Positions 29,692 to 38,900 of a stretch of 64,000 bases of DNA are shown one piece after another. The position numbers were made by a program, and so were the translations under genes. The stretch is taken from contig DAHG01000033.1 of assembly GCA_002495885.1 (NCBI GenBank), positions 86,997-150,996 of the forward strand, read 5' to 3'. The notes beneath the pieces are model-generated. The model ran no database searches, had not been told where the DNA came from, and was given only the letters and a program-made list of their open reading frames with translations. The number at the start of each line of letters is the position of its first letter. Position 1 is the first letter of the stretch. The stretch is from Methanocellaceae archaeon UBA148. Its GTDB lineage: Archaea > Halobacteriota > UBA148.

Positions 29692-29865
29692 ATGGCCAAA
29701 AAAAAGGAATCTAAAAGCGGTTTAATGTCCTCTGCGGGTTTGATGAGATATTATGATGTGGAAAAAACCGCAATCGCAATCAATCCAAAAGCAGTTTTTA
29801 TCATGGGTATTCTTGTGGCAGCCATCATAATAATGTTGAGCGCATATTATGGTATGTGGCCGTAG
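29692..29865 (+). CDS. secG: Preprotein translocase subunit Sec61beta (not in the ORF track)
   Basis: MAKKKESKSGLMSSAGLMRYYDVEKTAIAINPKAVFIMGILVAAIIIMLSAYYGMWP*: the AGLMRYY/I.P motif plus one TM helix. Confidence 0.92.
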   Translation: MAKKKESKSGLMSSAGLMRYYDVEKTAIAINPKAVFIMGILVAAIIIMLSAYYGMWP

Positions 29866-29875
29866 TAACAGAGTA

Positions 29876-30466
29876 GTGAGAGAAATTGTATTCCTTGGAC
29901 GCTCAAATGTAGGCAAATCCACCCTTCTGCGTCAAATGGTCGGTAAGAAAGTTCGGGTTGGAAGGAAGCCAGGAGTAACGCTCAAGCCCAATCAATTCTT
30001 TTTGGATGATTTACTCATCACCGACCTGCCTGGGTTTGGGTTCATGCATGGGGTACAAAAACAGAAAAACGAGCAAATCAAAAGCTCAATCATTCGCTAC
30101 TTAGAGGAGAATTCAGATCGAATTTTGCTTGCCGTACAAGTCATCGATGCAGGGTCTTTCGTCGATTTAGTGGACCGATGGAGCATGAGGAATGAAATAC
30201 CCATCGACGTTGAGTTTTTCCATTTTTTACATGATCTTGATCTTGATGTAGTTATTGCAGTCAATAAAATTGATAAGTTGGGGGATATAGAATCTGAACT
30301 GGACGAAATCGTTCAGCGATTGGGCATGTATCCTCCTTGGAGACAGTGGAGAGACAAAATTGCTCTGATATGCGCAAAGAAGGGAGAAGTAGGCGAGTTA
30401 AGGGAACTGATAAAGAGCAGGTTGCATGATATTAAGCGGGACGATTTGTTGAAGCATTTTTCTTAG
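29876..30466 (+). CDS. engB: GTP-binding protein EngB
   Basis: GRSNVGKST, PGVT, DLPGFG, NKID; GTG start inferred. Confidence 0.92.
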   Translation: MREIVFLGRSNVGKSTLLRQMVGKKVRVGRKPGVTLKPNQFFLDDLLITDLPGFGFMHGVQKQKNEQIKSSIIRYLEENSDRILLAVQVIDAGSFVDLVDRWSMRNEIPIDVEFFHFLHDLDLDVVIAVNKIDKLGDIESELDEIVQRLGMYPPWRQWRDKIALICAKKGEVGELRELIKSRLHDIKRDDLLKHFS

Positions 30467-30635
30467 CACAGTGTATCTGATGTGGTTTGTAATTAATGGG
30501 CACAATCTAAATTCCAGAGTATAATACATCGATCTATTCCTAAAAGAGTACTTCAGCTTCGCTGTAGATTGAGAGAGAAGATTATGCTGTTAAAATTTGT
30601 GAAACCCTGAAAGTTAATGGTGATTCACTTTATCT

Positions 30636-31559
30636 TTATTGGAGAGCTACTGGTTTAGGAAATGCCGCCTCTAAATCCCTCTTATGGGGTAACCCTTTTC
30701 TTGCGCCGTATTCGCTGATGCATCTAGCTGCGAAAAAGTTCCCCATCCTACCGCAATTATGGGTGTCCTCTCCGCCTAGCACGCCGTATAAAAAACCAGC
30801 AGCGAAAGCATCACCCGCTCCGGTGGTGTCGACAACCTTTGTTTTGCAGGAGGGAACCAAATGTGCATTTTTGCCATTTGTTACATAACAGCCCCCTTTC
30901 CCCAGGGTAGTTGCGACGGTCTTGGCGCCCATCTCTATCAATAGCTTTGATCCACGCTCATAATCAGAATTTGTAAGCGTCTCCATCTCCTCGTAGTTTA
31001 CAAAAATCACATCACTTTTTTCTATAATTGGCTGTAAGGTTTCCAAGGAAAATTTGGAACATAACATGCCAGGGTTGAAGCTTACCCTCGTTTTTATACG
31101 CTCGATTAGTGATACCTGCATCTCCAGTTGTCTTCTGTCTACGAAGGAGCTCATGTGCAGGAACTTTGCCCCCTCTATATACTCAACATCCACATCGCTC
31201 ACATCAAATTCATCATTGACGCCCGGGTAAATGTAAAGTGATCTCTCTCCATCATCATCCACAAGTCCTATAGCTATGCCACTGTTGCCATCCAGTACCT
31301 TTATTCTGTTTATATCAACATCCTCATTTGCAAGGTCCCTTAAGATGACCCCTCCTTCTTCATCGTTGCCGACCGCCCCTATAAATCCTGTTTTGGCTCC
31401 GACTCTTGCCAATCCAAAGATTGTATTTGCCGCAGAACCACCAGGAGACTCTCTTACCTCTTTAACTCCAACCTCTTCTCCTGCTTTTGCTATTTTAGTG
31501 ACAACATACAGCTTATCATAGTTCAACGCCCCAAGACCGACGACATCCATGTTTTTCAC
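30636..31559 (-). CDS. PfkB-family carbohydrate/nucleoside kinase
   Basis: GGSAANT and DTTGAGDAF signatures. Confidence 0.92.
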   Translation of the reverse strand: MKNMDVVGLGALNYDKLYVVTKIAKAGEEVGVKEVRESPGGSAANTIFGLARVGAKTGFIGAVGNDEEGGVILRDLANEDVDINRIKVLDGNSGIAIGLVDDDGERSLYIYPGVNDEFDVSDVDVEYIEGAKFLHMSSFVDRRQLEMQVSLIERIKTRVSFNPGMLCSKFSLETLQPIIEKSDVIFVNYEEMETLTNSDYERGSKLLIEMGAKTVATTLGKGGCYVTNGKNAHLVPSCKTKVVDTTGAGDAFAAGFLYGVLGGEDTHNCGRMGNFFAARCISEYGARKGLPHKRDLEAAFPKPVALQ

Positions 31560-32617
31560 CCTAGTTTTGCCACCTCTCCTCTCACAAGATTTCTAAATCT
31601 CTTGTGTATCTTGATCACCTCGTCTAACTTCACTTTGCCCTCTAAGTAATGAAAGTATGGGAGAATTTGTTCCGACTCCATCAAAAAATCTTTGATCTCG
31701 GGTGTGATTAGCTCATCTGGAATGCTCTCTGGACCCGTTTCAAATCCATCCCTTTCGGTCTCCCAAGATTTGACGATTTCAATCAGGTGCTCTCTTTTAT
31801 CAAACTCTCTCAACACTGGGTGCAAAAACCGTATGTCCAAGGATGCCAGGCCTATGCTTGCATATGGAATTGCATATTCATTCCCATTGAAGACAATCGC
31901 CAATCCGCCGTGCTCTCTTGCTTCTTTTAACATCTTGTAGTCTGTAATACTATCCCCAACTACCACTATATCCCCTAGCTTGGCTTTGTTCTCTTTGGCG
32001 ATTTTATGTAGGGCCTGAACTTTTCTCTCCCCTCCAACCACTCGCACTTTTTCTAGGACGTTTCCGTAGCCCGTCTTCGGAAGCTCCTCAAAAAAGAATC
32101 GGTCTAAGAGCTTAACAACTCTCTTATGATCCTCCATATGTGGATAAAGTTGAATGATCTCCCTCTCAGCATGCTCTATCACATCCAAATTCCCTACATT
32201 CGCCTTCAACTCCTCCAATGAAAGTTTTGTGCAGGTGATATTATCCTTTGGAACGTTTAGCTGTGCACCTATGTGGTGAGCATGCTGTTCATAGCTTGTT
32301 GAGATGATGTATGTCTTCCAACCCTCATACTGAAGCCTTGAAACCAACTCTTTGGCTCCATCAACGATTTTTGCCCTTTTCGATACATTCTCTATATTTT
32401 TCTCTGAGATTCCATTGAGCAACAAAAATGGTACTATTAATGCAAGTGTATCGCCGGGCTCATAGCCATCCCTGCCCTCAAGTGCTATTATATCATCGTA
32501 TTTGCTGATGACCTCAAATATCTTCTCTCCGTTCTCAGCCAGAGATAGAACTTCATATGCATTGTCCTGAGGTGACAAAGGGCCTTCTAGGTCAAAACAG
32601 ATTATTCGTAGTCCCAT
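31556..32617 (-). CDS. HAD-superfamily hydrolase of the EhaR/AF0444 type
   Basis: FDLEGPLSPQDNAYE, ISKYDD, ISTSYEQ, VGDSITD, FNGNEYA. Confidence 0.82.
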   Translation of the reverse strand: MGLRIICFDLEGPLSPQDNAYEVLSLAENGEKIFEVISKYDDIIALEGRDGYEPGDTLALIVPFLLLNGISEKNIENVSKRAKIVDGAKELVSRLQYEGWKTYIISTSYEQHAHHIGAQLNVPKDNITCTKLSLEELKANVGNLDVIEHAEREIIQLYPHMEDHKRVVKLLDRFFFEELPKTGYGNVLEKVRVVGGERKVQALHKIAKENKAKLGDIVVVGDSITDYKMLKEAREHGGLAIVFNGNEYAIPYASIGLASLDIRFLHPVLREFDKREHLIEIVKSWETERDGFETGPESIPDELITPEIKDFLMESEQILPYFHYLEGKVKLDEVIKIHKRFRNLVRGEVAKLG

Positions 32618-32639
32618 TCCATTTCCTCTCCTCCCTCAC

Positions 32640-32906
32640 CTAAGCGAGGTCGATCTCTATCGCTGAGATGTTGATTGGTCCCCCTTCTGTACCCCGACTA
32701 TCGGTTGAAATCTTGATATCCTTTACCTTGATCTTAGGAAGGAATTTGTTTCTCACGATTTCTGCTATATCTACTGCCCGTGAAATCGATCTGCATCTAG
32801 CTTTTAGTATCACTTTTTTTGAGCCACTGTTGAACTGTGTGATTACGGCGAGAACATAATTCATTGCCGGTTTACTTCCTATTAGAATAGTGTTATCCTC
32901 TGCCAT
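32640..32906 (-). CDS. albA: DNA/RNA-binding protein Alba
   Basis: IG.KP.MNYVLAV...KAR.R.ISRAVD.AE...S.IEI.L. Confidence 0.93.
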   Translation of the reverse strand: MAEDNTILIGSKPAMNYVLAVITQFNSGSKKVILKARCRSISRAVDIAEIVRNKFLPKIKVKDIKISTDSRGTEGGPINISAIEIDLA

Positions 32907-33335
32907 TTCATGAACACCTGCAGTTTCTATCCTCGATGAGTGAGCTAATAAATGTTTTTATTGAGGGTTCATTATTTATGATTTCAGCCCAGCCTAATTT
33001 AAAAACCGTCTATTGGCTTTGTTTGGTTTGTATTGAAAATTAGATGCCTGTTTACAACCCTCTGGTCCGTATTTCCAAGGTATCGTAGGGTATAGGGCCG
33101 GGAGGATCATAAACAACCAAGCAGACAGTAGAAGTAAAATCTGATATGTAGATAGTTGTGAAGCCGAAAACTGCTGTGGAGTTAAAAGAGCTGTGTAATA
33201 AAGCGGTCGATCCTACCCCAAAACCCTCGGCGGGTTTACTTATATTTTTCAGAATAGTAGGAATAAGATAATGTGATCCCCCAAAATGTGAATGCGGGAT
33301 GGGCAGCGAAGCGAAGCACACTGTGGAGTAAAGGC

Positions 33336-33365
33336 ATTTCAATCCCACTATAGTCTGATTTTAGT
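33336..33365 (+). CRISPR. Single orphan CRISPR repeat with a possible leader upstream; no array
   Basis: ATTTCAATCCCACTATAGTCTGATTTTAGT resembles the methanogen repeat family ATTTCAATCCC-N-GGTCTGATTTTAAC; only one copy in the window. Confidence 0.65.
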
Positions 33366-33544
33366 TACCGTTGAAAATCGCAGTTGATTTTGCGTTTTGA
33401 CCGTTGAAATTGCGGTTGACGAAAATGGTGGTTGATGGTGAGGAAGTGAGACCCAATATGGAAATCAAAGACGTAGTTAAAACGTTATCAACAGACACGC
33501 AACACTAGGGGCTTTGAGAGTCAACCGTGAAATTCAACGGTACC
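33364..33544. mobile_element. MITE-like element with imperfect terminal inverted repeats
   Basis: Left end GTTACCGTTGAAAATCGCAGTTGA vs reverse complement of right end GGTACCGTTGAATTTCACGGTTGA; internal subterminal copy ACCGTTGAAATTGCGGTTGA; no transposase. Confidence 0.65.
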
Positions 33545-33573
33545 GAAAAAAAAAGGGGGGGCAGACTGCAGTC

Positions 33574-34056
33574 TTATTTCTTTATTCCATCCTTTCTCTT
33601 TTGAGCTTTATCATCAAGCTCTGCTAACATAATATACCCTATTGTAAGAACCACAGCCAATATCAAAGCAGGGTCAAACCCTAATCTCAGCACTTGTCTG
33701 CCACACACAACCATAACTATCTCATTAATCAGCATATTGGGGAACGTCACTAAAATAATAATAACAGCCATATAGTTTTCCCCACTGATTTTAGTGTGTT
33801 TGTCGATACGTCTAATCAACAATGCTCCCAATTTGATTATTTCATAGATAGCAAGGAGAGATATAGGTACCATAACAAGAAAATATTCTAGGCCGATTAT
33901 GCTGGCAAAATAAGCGTGTACGGGGTTACCTTCATATGCCTCTGGATTATTACTCAAGAACAGGTAAGTGAAAACAAGATCGAATAGGGTAATACCTGCT
34001 ACTAACCCGTATAAAACCCAAAAAGATATTTTTGCTGTTTTTTGATTTATGCCCAT
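33574..34056 (-). CDS. Four-TM membrane protein, DUF5658-like
   Basis: D..FT......YEGNP motif after the first TM helix. Confidence 0.6.
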   Translation of the reverse strand: MGINQKTAKISFWVLYGLVAGITLFDLVFTYLFLSNNPEAYEGNPVHAYFASIIGLEYFLVMVPISLLAIYEIIKLGALLIRRIDKHTKISGENYMAVIIILVTFPNMLINEIVMVVCGRQVLRLGFDPALILAVVLTIGYIMLAELDDKAQKRKDGIKK

Positions 34057-34430
34057 TATTCGTCCTCATCTACATGCTTATAACAACAGCTTCTTTAAAA
34101 ACTAATCTTTTCAGGGACTACAATGTCTATTTTCTAGATAGACAAGAGGATAGTCGGTGAATTCTTTAAGGGACAGAGGTCTTGCATTCTTAGGGGGATT
34201 AGTTGAATAAGGGATTACTGGATGGGAACACAAAAAGAAGAGTGAAGATATAAAAATTAATTATTAGAAGAGTGGTAAATTCAAGAGGGTTATTTGAGGA
34301 ATTGTCTTTGCAAAGCTCGTCTTTCCGTTCCGCGTTTCCATACCATAATTTGGTTTTGAACTTCATTCTTTAAAAAACAAAAGGTAAGTGTTGAATTAAG
34401 GAATAAAAAAAGAAAAATAAGCAGGGTTGC

Positions 34431-34541
34431 TTATCTCAACTTTTTAAATTTATTTGCTTTTTCCTGTTCGATTACTCTGATCATATCACTGCCTTCAAAT
34501 CGTGTTCCGTCGGTTAATCTTCCTGATACAGTTATTTCCAC
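34431..34541 (-). pseudogene. Orphan C-terminal fragment of a surface protein
   Basis: VEITVSGRLTDGTRFEGSDMIRVIEQEK...* with no upstream gene body; resembles a recurrent archaeal extracellular C-terminal domain ending. Confidence 0.5.
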
Positions 34542-34626
34542 AGCTAATTGAACAAAATAAGCGATTGTTGCCTCACGCATTGCTGACGAATATTTCGCAG
34601 GAATTATCGTGGCGGTTCAAGGCAGG

Positions 34627-36105
34627 TTAAGCACTTGGGTTTTGTACACGTCCAACAAAGAGTATCGTACTAGTCTTAACGTCACGGATTAAAAAGATGA
34701 AAGGTCGATCAACGGTAACCTCAATCGGCGTACTAGGAATAACAGCCGTTATTCCCACTATTACGGCTGTAGCTGCCGCCGCCTCAGTGCCAGCCTCATC
34801 AACTGAGACAAAAGCCTTATGCAATACGTCCTGGATGTACAGGTCCTTCTTACCGTCCATGCCGGAAAAATTGGCTGCCTCCGGTATAAAGGCGTCTTTC
34901 ATACCCAGTATGGCAAGAGCTTGCTTCAACCCGAAATTGGACACATATTCAAATTTTGGCATTGACAGGGCAACTTGCTGGTAGCATATTTTCTGAATAA
35001 TGCCGTCCACCAGTTGCCTGTTTAACGATGCCTCAAACGAAGCGAACTTGCCTTGCTCTGGCAGTAGAATGATCATCGACAGTTCGCGCCCATCGTAAGG
35101 CAGTTCTACTGTCTGGTAGTCGTCTCCCTTCATATAACCGAAGGATTCTTCTTGTCTCATCATAGGAACGCTTACCTTGTCGCCATTGAGCAGAAAAAAG
35201 TCACCTTGAGAAGTGGTCTCCTCGTCGAAAGGATATTGCCAAGCAGCATTAAAGTAGATGGCGTTAGTCAGGACAAGCCGAGTCAACTCGTCAATAGCAC
35301 CCTGGGGAATCAGGTCATTAATCCTGTCTTCCGTCTGTTCGCTGACCCAATCATTGATGGTAATGCGAGACTGCTCTGGTGCTTTCATGAAATCGAGAAT
35401 CCTCAGCCCAGCGCCGTAATTCTCCGCCAGAAGGTCAAGATATCCAGAAAGAAACTGGAAGTCCTTTTGTCCCCAGATGGCATTAACGATATGCAGGCGG
35501 AAACCTTCATCGTCTTTTCCTTCAGCACCTTCACCGCGACTTGCCAGCTCAAAGTCAAGACTATTGAAAGCGGCGTGTAACTGGTCCTGCGGAAGTAGAA
35601 ATTGCAGAGCATCACCCATCTGATTCTCGGTGTCGCCGCGAGCGCCGGCGTAGGTCATTGCCAGAGCCATAGAAATGCTGTAGGGCGAGTAGAAAAGATT
35701 GCCATCATTTTCTCTCAGTACCTGATAAAGGCCAAAAGCGAAGGCACTATTTCCGTTGGCTAGAGTTGCCAGATCTGCTTCCTTCACATCCGGCGAAGCC
35801 ACCCGCTGCTTCTCTGATTGAAGTATATTAACCAATGTAGGTGCAGGCGTCGATGTGGGTGTGGGAGCTAGTGTAGGTGTAGGCGTTGCTGCTGGTGTTG
35901 GTGTTGGTTGTGCCCCTGGATGAGATGGTGTTGCTGCGGGTGCTGCTGGTACTGGCGTTGCTGTTGCTGGTAATGGTGGTGTTCTGGCAGGTGCTGTAGG
36001 TGCTGGTGTGGGCTCAGGCTCTGATACGCATCCAGAAATCCCCATAGTTGCTATGACCCCTGCAAGTGCGATAGACTTGAGGAACCTGCGTCTTCCCATC
36101 TTCAT
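34627..36105 (-). CDS. Tat-lipoprotein serpin with Pro/Thr linker
   Basis: GRRRFLK...ISGC lipobox; SPYSI, NAIYFNAAW, hinge EAGTEAAAAT, DRPFIFLI. Confidence 0.93.
   Translation of the reverse strand: MKMGRRRFLKSIALAGVIATMGISGCVSEPEPTPAPTAPARTPPLPATATPVPAAPAATPSHPGAQPTPTPAATPTPTLAPTPTSTPAPTLVNILQSEKQRVASPDVKEADLATLANGNSAFAFGLYQVLRENDGNLFYSPYSISMALAMTYAGARGDTENQMGDALQFLLPQDQLHAAFNSLDFELASRGEGAEGKDDEGFRLHIVNAIWGQKDFQFLSGYLDLLAENYGAGLRILDFMKAPEQSRITINDWVSEQTEDRINDLIPQGAIDELTRLVLTNAIYFNAAWQYPFDEETTSQGDFFLLNGDKVSVPMMRQEESFGYMKGDDYQTVELPYDGRELSMIILLPEQGKFASFEASLNRQLVDGIIQKICYQQVALSMPKFEYVSNFGLKQALAILGMKDAFIPEAANFSGMDGKKDLYIQDVLHKAFVSVDEAGTEAAAATAVIVGITAVIPSTPIEVTVDRPFIFLIRDVKTSTILFVGRVQNPSA
35893..35980 (-). 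repeat. Second copy of the wtpA linker DNA
   Basis: The reverse complement of 35904-35980 is identical to 3143-3219. Confidence 0.95.
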
Positions 36106-36246
36106 AGTTCTTATTTTACATGGTCCCACACAGGATATAAAGCTTTCACATCTCTGTTATCTCCGGCGTTTTTCTTCCTGTTTTCCTTATTTTCCGAGTA
36201 AAAATATAACCAAAGACTATCTCAGATAATGAATCCGATAGTTAAC

Positions 36247-36561
36247 TCACCCTAACTTCACCGCAGTGCCATATGCCAGCAGTTCGGCTGCGCCGCTCAT
36301 CGTCTGCGAGGTCATGAATCTTGCACTGATGACCGCATCTGCCCCCAGTTTTTCTGCATTTTTTACCATTCTATGGATGGACTCCTCTCTCGCATCATTC
36401 AACATCTCTGTGTATTCTCTCAGCTCTCCGCCTACGATATTTCTCAACGCAGCCAAAATGTCCTTTCCGATCCATTTTGCTCTAACGGTATTTCCCTTGA
36501 CCAGACCCAACGTCTCAATAATTTTCTTCCCCTCTATTTTTTCTGAGGTCACTACCAACAT
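36247..36561 (-). CDS. UPF0145/YbjQ family protein
   Basis: LGLVKG...GKD..A.LRNIVGGEL..Y...AR...LGADAV...YGTAV. Confidence 0.92.
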   Translation of the reverse strand: MLVVTSEKIEGKKIIETLGLVKGNTVRAKWIGKDILAALRNIVGGELREYTEMLNDAREESIHRMVKNAEKLGADAVISARFMTSQTMSGAAELLAYGTAVKLG

Positions 36562-36562
36562 T

Positions 36563-36757
36563 TTATGTTACCTCCTCAAATCTTTCTCTGATGACCGAAA
36601 TTAACAGAAATACTATCCCAGTTAGTATGCCAACTACGCCTAACCTGATGACCAAGGGCACTTCTGATGCTTTGATGAAATGATACAACGCATAGGAAAG
36701 GCAGATTATCACGCCGATCCCCAAAAGAATGAAACCAAAAAATCGCACTTTTTCCAT
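36563..36757 (-). CDS. Small two-TM membrane protein
   Basis: GGAGGTG RBS; two hydrophobic helices; abuts the UPF0145 gene. Confidence 0.7.
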   Translation of the reverse strand: MEKVRFFGFILLGIGVIICLSYALYHFIKASEVPLVIRLGVVGILTGIVFLLISVIRERFEEVT

Positions 36758-36816
36758 TATTTTATTTGCACCTCCCTTTAGTTCCGATGATTTTTTTTGT
36801 TTTTAATTGTTCTAAC

Positions 36817-37797
36817 TCAAAAACTAATCTCCCCTATGATTTCCTCGCCGATGAGCTTGATTGAGGCTGACACATCCGGACCGATTGGAGAGCCTACGAC
36901 CACCTGTGTCACTCCTATCCCCCGTAACTCTTTAATCCTCTGGATACAGTGGTCAGGTGAGCCATAGATCGAGAATGCATCCACCATGGGGTTAGTGACA
37001 GACTTGAAAGCCGTCCTGAAGTCGCCCTTGGCCAACGCACTCTTAATTGCATCTACCTCCGTGGAATCGATGTCGTGCCTTTCCAGAACAGGTGCGGGAG
37101 ATCCAGCTACGATAAAGGCCACAACTGGCACAACTGCTTTTTTCGCCTTCTCTTCATCTAAATCCACGGAAAAGCTGGCATAGGCAGCTATGTCAAAACC
37201 TGCTTTTGGAGAGCCTTTTTGAACTTGAGAGATCGCATACTTAAAATCCAAGGGATGAGATGCGTTTATCAATACGCCATCTCCTATGGCACTAGCGGTT
37301 CTAAGCATGAGAGGGCCCTGAGCACCGATATATATGGGTATCTCTGGGCACTTTAAAGATAGTTTGGCGCCTTCAATCCTGAAGAAATCTCCCTGAAAAG
37401 AGAGACGTTCTCCTGTCAAGAGGCGTCTAATGATCTCTACTGCCTCTTTTAGCTTTGCTAAAGGTTTGTCCATCTGGATGCCCAACGATGCTAAAGTGGT
37501 CTTATCACCTGCTCCGATGCCGAGCATTGCCCTCCCATTGGAGATATTATCGATGGTGGCAATAGCAGAAGCAGTCAGTGCAGGATGGACCTGATATGCA
37601 TTTGTTACTCCTGGCCCAAGTCTAACTCTTTTCGTCCTTTCGGCTACCAATGCCAATGTAGCATAGACATTCCTGTTGTTGTAGTGATCCGTGATCCATA
37701 TTGCATCGAATCCCTGATTTTCAGCTAAAACGCAGTGATTTACGAGATCATTCAAGGGCATATCTGGTACAAATTCTATGCCTAACACGAAAAACAC
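36817..37797 (-). CDS. mer: F420-dependent methylene-H4MPT reductase
   Basis: GIEFVP, WITDHYNNR, LGPGVTN, GIGAGD, GAQGP.ML, LINASHP, VGSPIGP; the start is probably GTG 37788. Confidence 0.93.
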   Translation of the reverse strand: MFFVLGIEFVPDMPLNDLVNHCVLAENQGFDAIWITDHYNNRNVYATLALVAERTKRVRLGPGVTNAYQVHPALTASAIATIDNISNGRAMLGIGAGDKTTLASLGIQMDKPLAKLKEAVEIIRRLLTGERLSFQGDFFRIEGAKLSLKCPEIPIYIGAQGPLMLRTASAIGDGVLINASHPLDFKYAISQVQKGSPKAGFDIAAYASFSVDLDEEKAKKAVVPVVAFIVAGSPAPVLERHDIDSTEVDAIKSALAKGDFRTAFKSVTNPMVDAFSIYGSPDHCIQRIKELRGIGVTQVVVGSPIGPDVSASIKLIGEEIIGEISF

Positions 37798-37833
37798 CCA
37801 TTTAAAATTGCCTGAACTGCTTAAAATACTATT

Positions 37834-38598
37834 CTATTGTTTTAAGGCCATGTGCACAACATCTCCGATGTTCAATCTGAATAACTTTGCTGCATTACCC
37901 CCTTTGACCGATATCTCAAGAAAATTATGGCTCCCGATCGTTATAAGCTCGGAGGTGACCTCATCGTAGGTCATGACAAATGGAATTTGCTTTCCGAGTA
38001 ACTCCACACTAGCCCCATAATTTATGTGTTCAAGGGCTAGGGGCCCAGGAATATTGGTGATGACGTTGCCGAAATCGTCGATATACATTACCTCACCCTG
38101 TAGCGATTCCCTTGATGCATAAACTTCACCAAAGTCGAGTTCAATAAAATCATCTATTTTCCTGAATTCTGAGATATCATATCCCCTGGACAGGTGTGCA
38201 GCGGCCGGGGCAAAGACGTCCCTGCCATGAAATGTGGGGCTGACAGGAGAGACGCACAGCTCTGGGGGGATCTCATACACTGTGAAGTGCCCCATACTAC
38301 GCGCAGCGGGAATAAGTAAGCCGTTATCGGGTCCCACGAAAGTTTGCTTGCCTTTGATAACGGTTGGGCGGCGCCCAGTACCTACACCGGGATCGATCAC
38401 TGCGACATGGATCGTACCCTCTGGAAATCGTCCAGCAACGTACATCAATGCAAACGCACCAGCCCTGATGTTTTGAGGGGGAATGTTGTGAGATATATCA
38501 ACGATCTTAGCATCTGGATCAATCTTTAGAATTGTGCCCTTCATCACTGCAGGATACAGATCGCCGAAATCGGTTAATAGTGTGATTATTGGATTCAT
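37834..38598 (-). CDS. SAM hydroxide adenosyltransferase (DUF62, chlorinase/fluorinase family)
   Basis: ITLLTDFG, VIDPGVGT, GPDNG, SPTFHGRDVF, DDFGN. Confidence 0.92.
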   Translation of the reverse strand: MNPIITLLTDFGDLYPAVMKGTILKIDPDAKIVDISHNIPPQNIRAGAFALMYVAGRFPEGTIHVAVIDPGVGTGRRPTVIKGKQTFVGPDNGLLIPAARSMGHFTVYEIPPELCVSPVSPTFHGRDVFAPAAAHLSRGYDISEFRKIDDFIELDFGEVYASRESLQGEVMYIDDFGNVITNIPGPLALEHINYGASVELLGKQIPFVMTYDEVTSELITIGSHNFLEISVKGGNAAKLFRLNIGDVVHMALKQ

Positions 38599-38802
38599 CT
38601 CTTCCTCATCAATGGTTGAATTCACGATACTTAAAAAAATTTCGTATAGTGAATTGAATTTAATAAGATACTTAAGGACGCCCCAAGATCGATTGGATGA
38701 GATGATAATATATTTTTTGAACGTTAAACGTTATCTTTGTTGAAGATTTTATAAGTCAAATTTGCATTCTGATATTTTCGTTTTCAAAGTGAAAAGTATT
38801 GT

Positions 38803-38891
38803 GTATGACGCTGGCGATCATCTGAAGTTTGCGTAATAAATTTGGGCCGAGGCGAACGCAGTGAGCCAAGCCAGATACCCGTCTGTTAGGC
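38803..38891 (-). mobile_element. Degenerate attC-like site downstream of the nuclease cassette
   Basis: Minus strand GCCTAAC...TATCTG...CAGATG...GTCATAC, starting 10 nt after the stop codon; shares CGCAAA(AA)CTTC with the 15001 site. Confidence 0.55.
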
Positions 38892-38900
38892 GAAGTTGAC

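Noticed and set aside
33040-33200. Possible cas gene remnant upstream of the orphan repeat (VDSCEAENCCGVKRAV*)
   Set aside because: Too short and degenerate to support a Cas4 or Cas6 call by eye.
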